Positions 53,626 to 62,364 of a stretch of DNA of 64,000 nt are shown here, piece after piece. The number at the start of each line of letters is the position of its first letter. Position 1 is the stretch's first letter. The notes under the pieces are model-generated. The model saw only the letters and a list, made by a program, of their open reading frames with translations. It had not been told where the DNA came from and did no database searches. The stretch is from Limisphaerales bacterium. Lineage in GTDB: Bacteria > Verrucomicrobiota > Verrucomicrobiia > Limisphaerales > UBA1100. Both the position numbers and the translations under genes were made by a program. The stretch is taken from the NCBI GenBank assembly GCA_014382585.1, contig JACNJL010000018.1, positions 22,217 to 86,216 of the forward strand, written 5' to 3'.

Positions 53626-55733
53626 CGTTTCTAAATCCACTTATTTTATGGGGCCTGCCGCTGGTGTTTTTGCCGGTGCTTATTCACTTATTCAACCGGC
53701 TGCGCCATCGCAAACTGCCGTGGGCGGCGATGATGTTTTTACGCGTGGCCAACCGCAAATCCACCCGCTACGCGAAGCTGCGCCAATGGCTGGTGCTGCT
53801 CTTTCGGATGCTGGCGGTGTTTATGCTGCTCTTCGCGCTCAGCCGTCCGCTGGGTGGGAGCTGGATGGGAGGAATGATGTCGGGCAAACCGGATGTGGTG
53901 GTGGTGTTGCTGGATCGTTCGCCGAGTATGGACGGGCGCGTGGATGGTGAATCGCGCCTCGAAAAATCCCGTGAGTTGATCCTCAAAGGAATAGAGAAGT
54001 TTGACGATGGCACGCGAATCGCATTTATGGACGGCACCTCCACCTATGTACAGGAGGTGGAAAGTTTGGAGGCCTTAAAAAATATGATGAAAGGTGGAGT
54101 GAATGATACCGCTTCGGATTTAGCTTCGCAACTGGAGACAGCGCAGAAATGGTTTGAAACCGAAACCCCCGGCACCGGTGAGATTTGGATTGCCTCCGAC
54201 TTGCAGGAAAGCAACTGGGATCCGGCCTCAAAGGAACGCTGGAAACAATTGGCCAGCAACTTCGAGGGGTTACCGCAAAAAGTTAGGGTAAGGTTGTTGG
54301 CCATGGATGAGCCACTGGCAAGCAACAATTCAGTGCGAGTTCAGGAGGTGCAACTGCATGACGAAGGCGAGCAAGCGGAATTGCAACTGGAAGTGGAAGT
54401 ACTGCGCGACCAATCTGAGGGCGCGGAATTGATTGTGCCGGTGACGATTCATCTTGGCACCGAATCGCGCACGGTGGATTTAGATTTTAAGCTGGAAGGC
54501 ACCCGCCACACGCAATACGTGAAACTGCCGATTGACAATCCCGCCCAAGGGGGTTGGGGTTGGGTGGAAATTCCGGATGACGATAACTCACGCGATAACC
54601 GCAGCTATTTCGTTTACGGTAGCCACGGGCGCGCAAGCACAGCGGTGACCGCGGAGGATTCCTACGTCAGTCGCTTCCTGCAAATGGCGGCTGCGCCCAA
54701 CCCGGCCAACATTAACCAAGTCAGCCAGGCGATTCCTGTGGTGGGTCGTGCAGAGGCCGAATGGTCGGGTCATGCGATGGTATTGTGGCAGGGCGCGTTG
54801 CCCGAGGGCGACGTCGCCAAGGCATTGCTGGCCTATGCGGATTCCGGCGGCATGGTGGTTTGCTTTCCGGGACAGGTCGAAAGTGACACGGAATTTGCCG
54901 GCATCCGGTGGGGGGGCTTGCATGCGACTCAAACTGAGCAGGGCCGGGATTATCCGAGTTGGCGGGAAATGGTGGCCGCCCAGGGCGAAGCCGACCATTT
55001 GGGGCCCCGCGTTGTTTCCTGGGAAGAAGGCGAAGGCCCCCTCGCGCGCACCGAAGAGGGCTACAGTCTGCCGATTGACAGCCTGTATTTTTCACAACGG
55101 CGTTCGATTGAGGGTGACGGGATTGTTTTGGCAAGCATCGCGCGCGACAGCAATCCGGAACGGAAAGCCGAGCCGTTTATGGTTCGCAAAGTGCGCGGCA
55201 AAGGGCAGATCATTTTTATTGGAACCACGCCAAGCGATCAATGGAGCAGCCTGAATTTTTCGATCGTGATGCCGATTATGCTTCAACGAATGGTGACGGC
55301 GGGGGCCGCCGCCGGATCCGGCCGATTTAGCAGCGATCGGATGTTATCGGCGGGAGACGATCCCTCGCGCACCGGTGAGCGCTGGGTTTCGGTAGGTGGC
55401 GAGGAAGGCGAGAGTCGTGATTATAACACCGAGGCAGGCGTGTATCGTCTCGGTATACGGGTAGTGGCCGTGAATCGGCCCGAGCGTGAGGATTTGGCCC
55501 CCTCGCTGGGTGGCGATAAGGCGGTAGCCTTATTTGGAGAAATGCCGGTGGCACTCTTTTCGGAAAAACGGGAAGGCACTGCCGGTGATCCCAAGGAAAT
55601 TTGGAAATGGTTCCTCGCCCTGATGGCGGTGGCACTATTAGTGGAAGGATTTCTCATTCTGCCCAAGAGCACGGATGAACGTGTGGTCATCAGCCGACCC
55701 ACTACGGGCAAAGTGACTGCAGAGGCAAAATAA
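53622..55733 (+). CDS. Large membrane protein: BatA_N-type N-terminal double-TM domain, MIDAS-like motif, C-terminal TM anchor
   Basis: MTFLNPLILWGLPLVFLPVLIHLFNRLRHRKLPWAAMMFL followed by a second TM helix matches the aerotolerance-regulator N-terminal / TIGR02226 pattern. A DxSxS motif is present in VVLLDRSPSMDG. The C-terminal TM helix is WKWFLALMAVALLVEGFLIL. An ATGA junction overlaps the DUF58 gene. Confidence 0.75.
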   Translation: MTFLNPLILWGLPLVFLPVLIHLFNRLRHRKLPWAAMMFLRVANRKSTRYAKLRQWLVLLFRMLAVFMLLFALSRPLGGSWMGGMMSGKPDVVVVLLDRSPSMDGRVDGESRLEKSRELILKGIEKFDDGTRIAFMDGTSTYVQEVESLEALKNMMKGGVNDTASDLASQLETAQKWFETETPGTGEIWIASDLQESNWDPASKERWKQLASNFEGLPQKVRVRLLAMDEPLASNNSVRVQEVQLHDEGEQAELQLEVEVLRDQSEGAELIVPVTIHLGTESRTVDLDFKLEGTRHTQYVKLPIDNPAQGGWGWVEIPDDDNSRDNRSYFVYGSHGRASTAVTAEDSYVSRFLQMAAAPNPANINQVSQAIPVVGRAEAEWSGHAMVLWQGALPEGDVAKALLAYADSGGMVVCFPGQVESDTEFAGIRWGGLHATQTEQGRDYPSWREMVAAQGEADHLGPRVVSWEEGEGPLARTEEGYSLPIDSLYFSQRRSIEGDGIVLASIARDSNPERKAEPFMVRKVRGKGQIIFIGTTPSDQWSSLNFSIVMPIMLQRMVTAGAAAGSGRFSSDRMLSAGDDPSRTGERWVSVGGEEGESRDYNTEAGVYRLGIRVVAVNRPEREDLAPSLGGDKAVALFGEMPVALFSEKREGTAGDPKEIWKWFLALMAVALLVEGFLILPKSTDERVVISRPTTGKVTAEAK

Positions 55734-57967
55734 TGGACAACGTGAATTTAAGTGATTGGACGTTTCAAACGCTGGACACCTCCGGCTGGGTGTTGCCGTT
55801 TTGTTTATTGGTGATGGCAGTCACGGTTTGGGTGAGTTGGAGCAACTGGCGTCGCCGTGGCGGTAAAAGTGTGGCGGCGTTGGAATCATTGCGCGTGGTG
55901 ATCATGGCGATGATTCTATTCACGCTCTGCCGTCCGGAATTTATCAGCGTTACCCAAAGCGAAGATCAACCGGAAGTGGTCATCCTCAAAGACGTTTCCT
56001 CCAGTATGACCACCCGCGATGTGAAGCTCGGGCAACACGATGTCATCACCCGTGAGGAATGGTTGGCCGAGCAAATCAAAACTAATTTTTGGAAAGCGCT
56101 TGAGGGCAAAGCAATCGTGCACGTACAGGATTTTGGGATGAGTGCGACCAATGCCGGAACGGGAATTGCGGATGGCACCGACATGTCAAACGCGCTGAAC
56201 CTGACACGCACCCGAAAGAACATCAAGAACCTCAAAGCGGTGTTCATGCTCGGCGATGGCGATTGGAATTTTGGCGACCCACCACAACAGGCCGCGATGC
56301 GTCTGGGCGCGAAAAAAGTGCCAGTGTACACCCTCTCGGTGGGCAGCGATCGGGCGCAGAAAGATTTGGTGCTCGAATCGGTGAATCCGCCCACCTTCGG
56401 GCTGCTGGGCGAGCAAATTTCTATCCCCTTCCGCGTGCGAAGCCATTTGCCGGTGGCGGTAAAAACACAGGTGCGGCTCACCAGCTCGCGCGGCGCAGCG
56501 GTGAGTATCGCGAAGCAAATCACCATCCCCGCATTCGGGCAGGTGCATGATTCGCTGGTATGGGCTCCGCATGATTTGGGGGACTACACGTTGACGCTGA
56601 CGTTACCGGTTTGGCAGAGCGGTTTGGAAAAGGAATTGCTCGAAGACAACAATCGCCAAACGTTCCATCTTTCAGTGCGCACGGAAAAACTCAACGTGTT
56701 GGTCGTGGAAAGTTACCCACGCTGGGAGTACCGATTCCTGCGCAACGCGCTGATGCGGGATCCGGGTGTGGAGCTAAGCGTGCTGCTGCTGCATCCGGAG
56801 TTGGGACCGGGAACGGGTCCAAATTACATTGGGCGTTTCCCGGATACACGCGAACAGTTGAGCCGTTTTGATGTGGTGTTTCTTGGGGATGTCGGTTTGG
56901 GCGACAAGGAACTTACCAAGGAACAGTGCGAATTGCTGCGCGGTTTAGTGGAGCATCAGGGAAGCGGGCTCGTATTTTTGCCCGGTCAACGCGGGCGCCA
57001 TCATTCGATGGTCGATCATCCCATTGGCGAGCTTATGCCCGTGTCGTTGAGTCCGACGAACACCGAAGGTCATTACATTCCCAGTGAGTCACATTTCAAA
57101 TTGACCTCCACCGGGCGCGGGCATTTCTTAACGATGCTCAAGGCGGATGAAGGGATGAATGAGGCAATTTGGAAAACGTTGCCCGGCTTCTTTTGGTGTG
57201 CACCGGTGGAGCGCGCGCGACCGAGATCCAGCGTCTTGGCCACCCATTCTACCAAGCGCAACCAATATGGCTATTTGCCGGTGCTGGTCACCCAGCCCTT
57301 TGGCGCCGGCGAAGTGCTCTTTATGGGCACCGATGCCGCCTGGCGTTGGCGACGCGGAGTAGAAGATTTGTATCACTATCGGTTCTGGGGTCAGGTAGTG
57401 CGTTGGATGGCGCACAAGCGCAAAATGGCGCAAGGGCAGGGGATGCGCCTGACCTTCAGCCCGGAGAATCCCAAGGTGGGTGATGAAGTGTTTTTGCAGG
57501 CCACCATGCTGGATCTATCCGGCGGGACCACGGCTCCGGACGTGCGCGCGCGCATTACGGCGCCCGATGGCAGCACAAGCGACTTGGAGTTCACCGCGAT
57601 TGAGGGGGGCTGGGGGGTGTTCAAAACCAAAATGGCCGTGCCTCAGGGTGGGGCATATTCATTGAATTTATACAGCCCAAGCGGCAGTCAAAAATTAGAT
57701 GCGGAAATCGTGGTCGACAAACCCACGCTTGAAAAAATCGGCCAACCCGCCAACACGAAAGTGTTGAGCGAAATTTCTCAACGTACCGGTGGCCAAAGCG
57801 GCGGCATCGCGGATTTGCAGAAATTAATCAGCGAAATTTCCGTGGTAGCTGAAAATGAGGAAAAGACCCGCCGTTTCCGTCTATGGAGTAACCCTTGGTG
57901 GGGTGGGGGCGTGTTATTACTGCTTGCAGTTTACTGGGTGTCACGTAAGATTTTAGGACTGATTTAG
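55733..57967 (+). CDS. Large membrane protein: N-terminal TM pair, VWA/MIDAS-like region, suspected GATase1-like domain, C-terminal TM anchor
   Basis: TM helices VLPFCLLVMAVTVWVSW and VVIMAMILFTL. A DxSxS motif in VVILKDVSSSMTTRD. VFMLGDGDWN ... VPVYTLSVGSD. LNVLVVESYPRWEYRFLRNAL ... FDVVFLGDV resembles the putative glutamine-amidotransferase-like domain seen in Bat-like proteins. The C-terminal TM helix is GVLLLLAVYWV. The TAATG junction overlaps the previous gene by 1 nt. Confidence 0.6.
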   Translation: MDNVNLSDWTFQTLDTSGWVLPFCLLVMAVTVWVSWSNWRRRGGKSVAALESLRVVIMAMILFTLCRPEFISVTQSEDQPEVVILKDVSSSMTTRDVKLGQHDVITREEWLAEQIKTNFWKALEGKAIVHVQDFGMSATNAGTGIADGTDMSNALNLTRTRKNIKNLKAVFMLGDGDWNFGDPPQQAAMRLGAKKVPVYTLSVGSDRAQKDLVLESVNPPTFGLLGEQISIPFRVRSHLPVAVKTQVRLTSSRGAAVSIAKQITIPAFGQVHDSLVWAPHDLGDYTLTLTLPVWQSGLEKELLEDNNRQTFHLSVRTEKLNVLVVESYPRWEYRFLRNALMRDPGVELSVLLLHPELGPGTGPNYIGRFPDTREQLSRFDVVFLGDVGLGDKELTKEQCELLRGLVEHQGSGLVFLPGQRGRHHSMVDHPIGELMPVSLSPTNTEGHYIPSESHFKLTSTGRGHFLTMLKADEGMNEAIWKTLPGFFWCAPVERARPRSSVLATHSTKRNQYGYLPVLVTQPFGAGEVLFMGTDAAWRWRRGVEDLYHYRFWGQVVRWMAHKRKMAQGQGMRLTFSPENPKVGDEVFLQATMLDLSGGTTAPDVRARITAPDGSTSDLEFTAIEGGWGVFKTKMAVPQGGAYSLNLYSPSGSQKLDAEIVVDKPTLEKIGQPANTKVLSEISQRTGGQSGGIADLQKLISEISVVAENEEKTRRFRLWSNPWWGGGVLLLLAVYWVSRKILGLI

Positions 57968-57970
57968 GGG

Positions 57971-60900
57971 ATGTATGATGCACCCCCGAACTGGGAGGAC
58001 AACATGAGCGAGAAGAGCCGATTCAATGTAGAACTGCCCGAGAGACTAAGGGGCAAGTTTAATTCACTCGAACGCAAACTTTGGTTTGTTGATACCCTCA
58101 TCGCCGTGTGCGGCATCGCCTGCGGATTGGTCGTGGCATACCTTCTATTGTTTATGTCCGACCGATTCTGGGACACCCCCGCCGCATGGCGCCTCACCTT
58201 CACACTCGCGGGCGGAGCCGTTGCCCTTCACTACGCGTGGTTCTGGGCCAAGCATTGGATTCTCAATCGTCGCGACAACCGCGTGCTCGCCGCAATCGTC
58301 CAGCGTAAGCACCGTCGCATGGGTGATCGCCTTATGAGCGCGGTGGAGCTCACCAGTATCGATCAGCGCCCCGAAGATGTTTCCGAAGAACTCTGTCGCG
58401 CGGCGATCGAACAGATCGATCGTGAGTCAGAAAACATTTCCTTCAATAAAGCCGTTTCCACCCGTAAGTCGCGGATCGCCTTTGTGCTCACCGTGCTGGT
58501 GTTGGGCGTGCTCAGCCTCCCTATGCGTTTCACCGGTGACGCCAGCCAAAACGCGCTCCAGCGCGCCGTGCCCGGCAGCGGGGCAGAGCGCTACACGTTC
58601 GTGCAAAACGGCGACCTGCAAGTCAACGGCCGCGATCCTGAAAAGGGAACGAAAGGAACGTTTTATGTGCCTCGTGGTGAAATGCTTCAGTTCACTTCAC
58701 AATTCGCATTTGCAGATCAACAAAACGGAACGCCATTCTGGGAAACACTCGGCGGCTGGTGGCAGCAAACCCATAACGCAGCTGAACGAATGGACCTCTA
58801 CTTGGGGGAAAATAAAATTGGCACCGATTTTGCCAACACTTTTTCTAGTGTATTGCCTGACCCCTCCGAAGCCGTGCTGACCCACGGAAAGAAAACTCAA
58901 CAGGCCCAAATGATCGATGGTCATGTGAATTATACGCTTCAAGCCGGCACCAAGCCCATGAAGCTCGCCCTGCGCGTGGGTGATGTGCGCCGATACGCCC
59001 GCATCGAGCCGGTGGCCCGGCCCGCGCTCAAGTCACTTAACGTTTCTTTGAGCTATCCCGAATATTTGCACTATCCCAAAGCGGAATCTTTGGAGGTTCG
59101 CGGCGGCGTATTTTCCTTCCTCGAAGGCAGCACCGCAGTGTTTAGGGCGGAGGCCTCCCGGAACTTGAACAGTGCCAACATCAAAGTGACCCACGCGGTG
59201 ACCGATGAAATTACCGAGCAACCCGGGAGCGTGAGCGGTGCCAATCTCTCGACCGCCAATCTTATACTCGATGACATCAGCGCAATTGAAGTTAGCTGGG
59301 TGGATCAATATCACATTGCTGGGGCCAATACATGGAAGCTCGGGTTCGATCCGATCAAAGATCAACCGCCTCACGCCGATTCGCCGGATCAAGCTCCGGT
59401 TGTTGCGATTTTGCGATCAGAAAGCCTCAGCATTCCTGCCTTCGGCGAGGACGATTACGGCATGGAGGAACTTAAAATTTATTGGGAATGCTTCAATCGC
59501 GGGATCGACGAAAAAGATGGAACTCCCAAACCGTTTAAAACCGGCGAGTCCATTCTTGTTCAGAAGGCATCCCCTGGCACGCATTCACTCACCCAAACCT
59601 GGCACTTCGATCCCAGCGACAAGGCGCTCAATATTCCTGATGACACAATGGTAAACGTTTACGTGGTGGCCAAGGATTATTATCGGACCGATCGTTACGT
59701 GCGCTCGCTGCCGGTGAAAATTTACATACTCACCCCCGAAGAACACGCCCAACTCATACAGGAGAATTTCGATACCAAAATGGCTGAACTGGATGACATC
59801 GTCCGGCGTCAGGAAAATCTCCTCGAAGAAACCAAGCAATTGCAGGAAATGAGCCCTGAAGATCAGGCAAAGAAATCCACCGAAAAAGAACTCGCCCGCC
59901 AGGAGCAGGAGCAAAAAGATATCGCCGAAAAACTCAAAGAATTGGCCGAGGAAATTGGCGAACTTGGAAAAGAAGCGAGCAAGAATAAAGAGATCGACCC
60001 CAAAACCCTCGCCGAAATGGCCAAGTCCATGCAGAAAATGAAGGATTTGGCAGCGGGTGAAATGTCTGAGGCTGAACAATCGCTTGGTGAAGCCCAGCAG
60101 TCTGCTCAACCATCACAACCGTCACAGCCCTCAAAACCTAAAGATAAAAAAGAGAAGATCGATAAAGCAGCCAAGAAGGAACAAGAGGCGCTTGATAAAC
60201 TCAAAGAAATGCAAAAAGAATCCGCGGATACCACACAGGATATGTACGAGAACACACTTGTCCTGCGGCTCCGTAAACTCGGTGAATATGAAGAGAAACT
60301 GGATAAAGAATTGGGCACTAAATTAGAATCCGAAGCCGGCGGCAGTTTCAGCGATCTCCCCGAGCACTTGCAAACATTCCTCAACAACCGCGCCAACGAC
60401 CAGCACCGGAATGCCACCAAGGCAAACGATTTGCAGGGCGAAATTAAGCGGTTTGCTGAAAGCACGCTCAAAGAAAACTTCGGTGACGTTGCCAAGGAAA
60501 TGGACGCCGCGCGTCCTCCGGAAAAACTCGACGAAAATGCCCAGAAACTTCGGCTCAACCAATCGCTCACCGCGCGAATGGGAGCCAAAAAACTAGGCGA
60601 AGATTTCATGCGCTGGGCCGACAAGCTCGATCCACCCAAGGACGGCGATGGTGGCGGCGAAGGCGAAGGCGGAAAAAGTGATGACCCCAATGAGGAAATG
60701 CTTGAGCGGATGAAAGAGCTTCTGCGCTTGCGTCAGGCCGAAATGGATTTGCGCGAACAAACCGGTGAGCTTGAAGGTGATCGCGAAAAACGTGCGGCAA
60801 AACAGTTTGAAGAAGGGGCCCGAAACCTTGCCTTCCGTCAGTTTGAACTTCTGCGTGATTTGCAACTCGAAATGGATGCCCGCACAAATCTAGGTAAAGG

Positions 60901-61348
60901 CGAGTTTTTGGACATAGCCCGCGAAGATATGGGCAGGGCCGGCGATCAATTGGATAAACCTGAAACGGGTAAAAAAGCTACGGATGCCGAAACCGATGCG
61001 ATTAACAAACTTGAGCAGGAAATTGCAGGGCTTATGAAGAAAAGCCAAAGCAGTGCCGCCCAAGGCGAAATGACGCCCGAGCAAATGGAAATGATGATGA
61101 TGATGATGCAAATGATGGGCATGCAACCCGGCCAAAAACCCGGCCCCGGCCAGGGTGATTCTCCCGGCATGAGCACTGCGGGTGGCAATACCAACAAGCT
61201 CAATCAAAACACACCTGGAAATGTTAATGGCGGGAATGGCCCCGATCGCACTGTTCGTAAAGTAGCCGGTCGAGCGGATGCGATGCCCAAGGAATTCCAA
61301 GGTGTACTACAGGGATATTCAAAGGGCGTTGAAAGACTCAACAAATAA
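57971..61348 (+). CDS. 1125-aa membrane-anchored coiled-coil / low-complexity protein (DUF4175/TIGR02302-like partner of MoxR-DUF58 clusters, tentative)
   Basis: N-terminal TM helices (LIAVCGIACGLVVAYLLLF, LTFTLAGGAVALHYAWF, IAFVLTVLVLGVLSL) and a beta-rich middle. A ~450-aa E/K/Q-rich helical region follows (EEHAQLIQENFDTKMAELDDIVRRQENLLEETKQLQEM...). There is a QPSQPSQPSKP repeat and a Met-run MEMMMMMMQMMGMQPGQKPGPGQG. Confidence 0.55.
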   Translation: MYDAPPNWEDNMSEKSRFNVELPERLRGKFNSLERKLWFVDTLIAVCGIACGLVVAYLLLFMSDRFWDTPAAWRLTFTLAGGAVALHYAWFWAKHWILNRRDNRVLAAIVQRKHRRMGDRLMSAVELTSIDQRPEDVSEELCRAAIEQIDRESENISFNKAVSTRKSRIAFVLTVLVLGVLSLPMRFTGDASQNALQRAVPGSGAERYTFVQNGDLQVNGRDPEKGTKGTFYVPRGEMLQFTSQFAFADQQNGTPFWETLGGWWQQTHNAAERMDLYLGENKIGTDFANTFSSVLPDPSEAVLTHGKKTQQAQMIDGHVNYTLQAGTKPMKLALRVGDVRRYARIEPVARPALKSLNVSLSYPEYLHYPKAESLEVRGGVFSFLEGSTAVFRAEASRNLNSANIKVTHAVTDEITEQPGSVSGANLSTANLILDDISAIEVSWVDQYHIAGANTWKLGFDPIKDQPPHADSPDQAPVVAILRSESLSIPAFGEDDYGMEELKIYWECFNRGIDEKDGTPKPFKTGESILVQKASPGTHSLTQTWHFDPSDKALNIPDDTMVNVYVVAKDYYRTDRYVRSLPVKIYILTPEEHAQLIQENFDTKMAELDDIVRRQENLLEETKQLQEMSPEDQAKKSTEKELARQEQEQKDIAEKLKELAEEIGELGKEASKNKEIDPKTLAEMAKSMQKMKDLAAGEMSEAEQSLGEAQQSAQPSQPSQPSKPKDKKEKIDKAAKKEQEALDKLKEMQKESADTTQDMYENTLVLRLRKLGEYEEKLDKELGTKLESEAGGSFSDLPEHLQTFLNNRANDQHRNATKANDLQGEIKRFAESTLKENFGDVAKEMDAARPPEKLDENAQKLRLNQSLTARMGAKKLGEDFMRWADKLDPPKDGDGGGEGEGGKSDDPNEEMLERMKELLRLRQAEMDLREQTGELEGDREKRAAKQFEEGARNLAFRQFELLRDLQLEMDARTNLGKGEFLDIAREDMGRAGDQLDKPETGKKATDAETDAINKLEQEIAGLMKKSQSSAAQGEMTPEQMEMMMMMMQMMGMQPGQKPGPGQGDSPGMSTAGGNTNKLNQNTPGNVNGGNGPDRTVRKVAGRADAMPKEFQGVLQGYSKGVERLNK

Positions 61349-61350
61349 AT

Positions 61351-62364
61351 ATGATTAAACGAATTCTGATTTTAGTCTCCGCATTGTCTTTATTAACACC
61401 CGGCGCGCGAGCTCAAAAATTATTTGAGGGCCCCACGCGATTCATTCCTGTGGAAGTGGATCGGATGTATGTCAACGGACTGAAGTTTCTTGTCAGTGTT
61501 CAGCAAGATGACGGGTCATTTCGCGCTACGGGGACGAGTGATCATTATGGCTCACAACCCGGTGTGGTCGGGCTTGCAGTGGTGGCGATGCTTGCGCATG
61601 GTGATGATCCCAACCGAGGACCGTACGCGCTAGCCATCAAGCGGGGCATCAATTTGATTCTGAAAAATCAAAACCCTCAAACCGGCTATATCGGCAGCTC
61701 GATGTACAACCACGGATTCGGCGCCTTGGCCTTGGCCGAGGCTTACGGTCAGGTTCGTGATCCGCGGCTTGGGCCCGCGTTGCAAAAATCAACGGATTTA
61801 ATCCTGAATGCTCAAAAACGCTCCCGTGCCGGTGCTTGGCGATATTCACCCGAGAGCACTGATGGAGACACCACAGTGAGCGGAGCGAATCTTGTGGCTC
61901 TTTTTGCTGCCCGTAATGCTGGGTTAGGCGTGCCGCAGGAATCCATTGATAAGGCGCTGCAGTTTTATGTGAATTGCCGCAGCAGCGATGGGGGCTTTGG
62001 TTATACCAGCGCCGGTGGCTCCAATAATCCACGCACTGCGATTGGTGCCCTGATGTTCGCGCTTGCGAAGAAAAAAGAAGGGGATGTGTTCAAGGGTGCG
62101 ATGAATTATTTGATTACCAACCAAGTTAACGCGGGTTACGATCACTATTACCACTATTTCCTATACTACGCAGCCCAAACTTATTTTCACGCGTCACCAA
62201 AACTTTGGGATGAGTGGAACACGAAAAACATCGCACAACTCAAAAGCCAACAGGCAAAAAACGGCTCGTGGGCTGGAAGCAATTTTGGTCCTACATTTGC
62301 CACGACTGCCTCGCTCCTGAGCCTTGCGCTCAACTACCGGTACCTCCCAATTTATGAACGTTAA
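61351..62364 (+). CDS. Secreted prenyltransferase / squalene-hopene-cyclase-repeat (alpha/alpha-toroid) protein
   Basis: The signal peptide MIKRILILVSALSLLTPGARA. Repeats of the terpenoid-cyclase type follow: QQDDGSF, NPQTGYIG, RAGAWRY, SSDGGFGY and AKNGSWAG. Aromatic/small interhelix motifs are also present (GLAVVAMLAHG, GFGALALAEAYG, VSGANLVALFAA). Confidence 0.65.
   Translation: MIKRILILVSALSLLTPGARAQKLFEGPTRFIPVEVDRMYVNGLKFLVSVQQDDGSFRATGTSDHYGSQPGVVGLAVVAMLAHGDDPNRGPYALAIKRGINLILKNQNPQTGYIGSSMYNHGFGALALAEAYGQVRDPRLGPALQKSTDLILNAQKRSRAGAWRYSPESTDGDTTVSGANLVALFAARNAGLGVPQESIDKALQFYVNCRSSDGGFGYTSAGGSNNPRTAIGALMFALAKKKEGDVFKGAMNYLITNQVNAGYDHYYHYFLYYAAQTYFHASPKLWDEWNTKNIAQLKSQQAKNGSWAGSNFGPTFATTASLLSLALNYRYLPIYER

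Noticed and set aside
52522-53640. 372-aa minus-strand ORF opposite the DUF58 gene
   Set aside because: It is a shadow ORF. The + frame has the canonical DUF58 signature, while the minus-frame product has no motifs and would break the tight operon.
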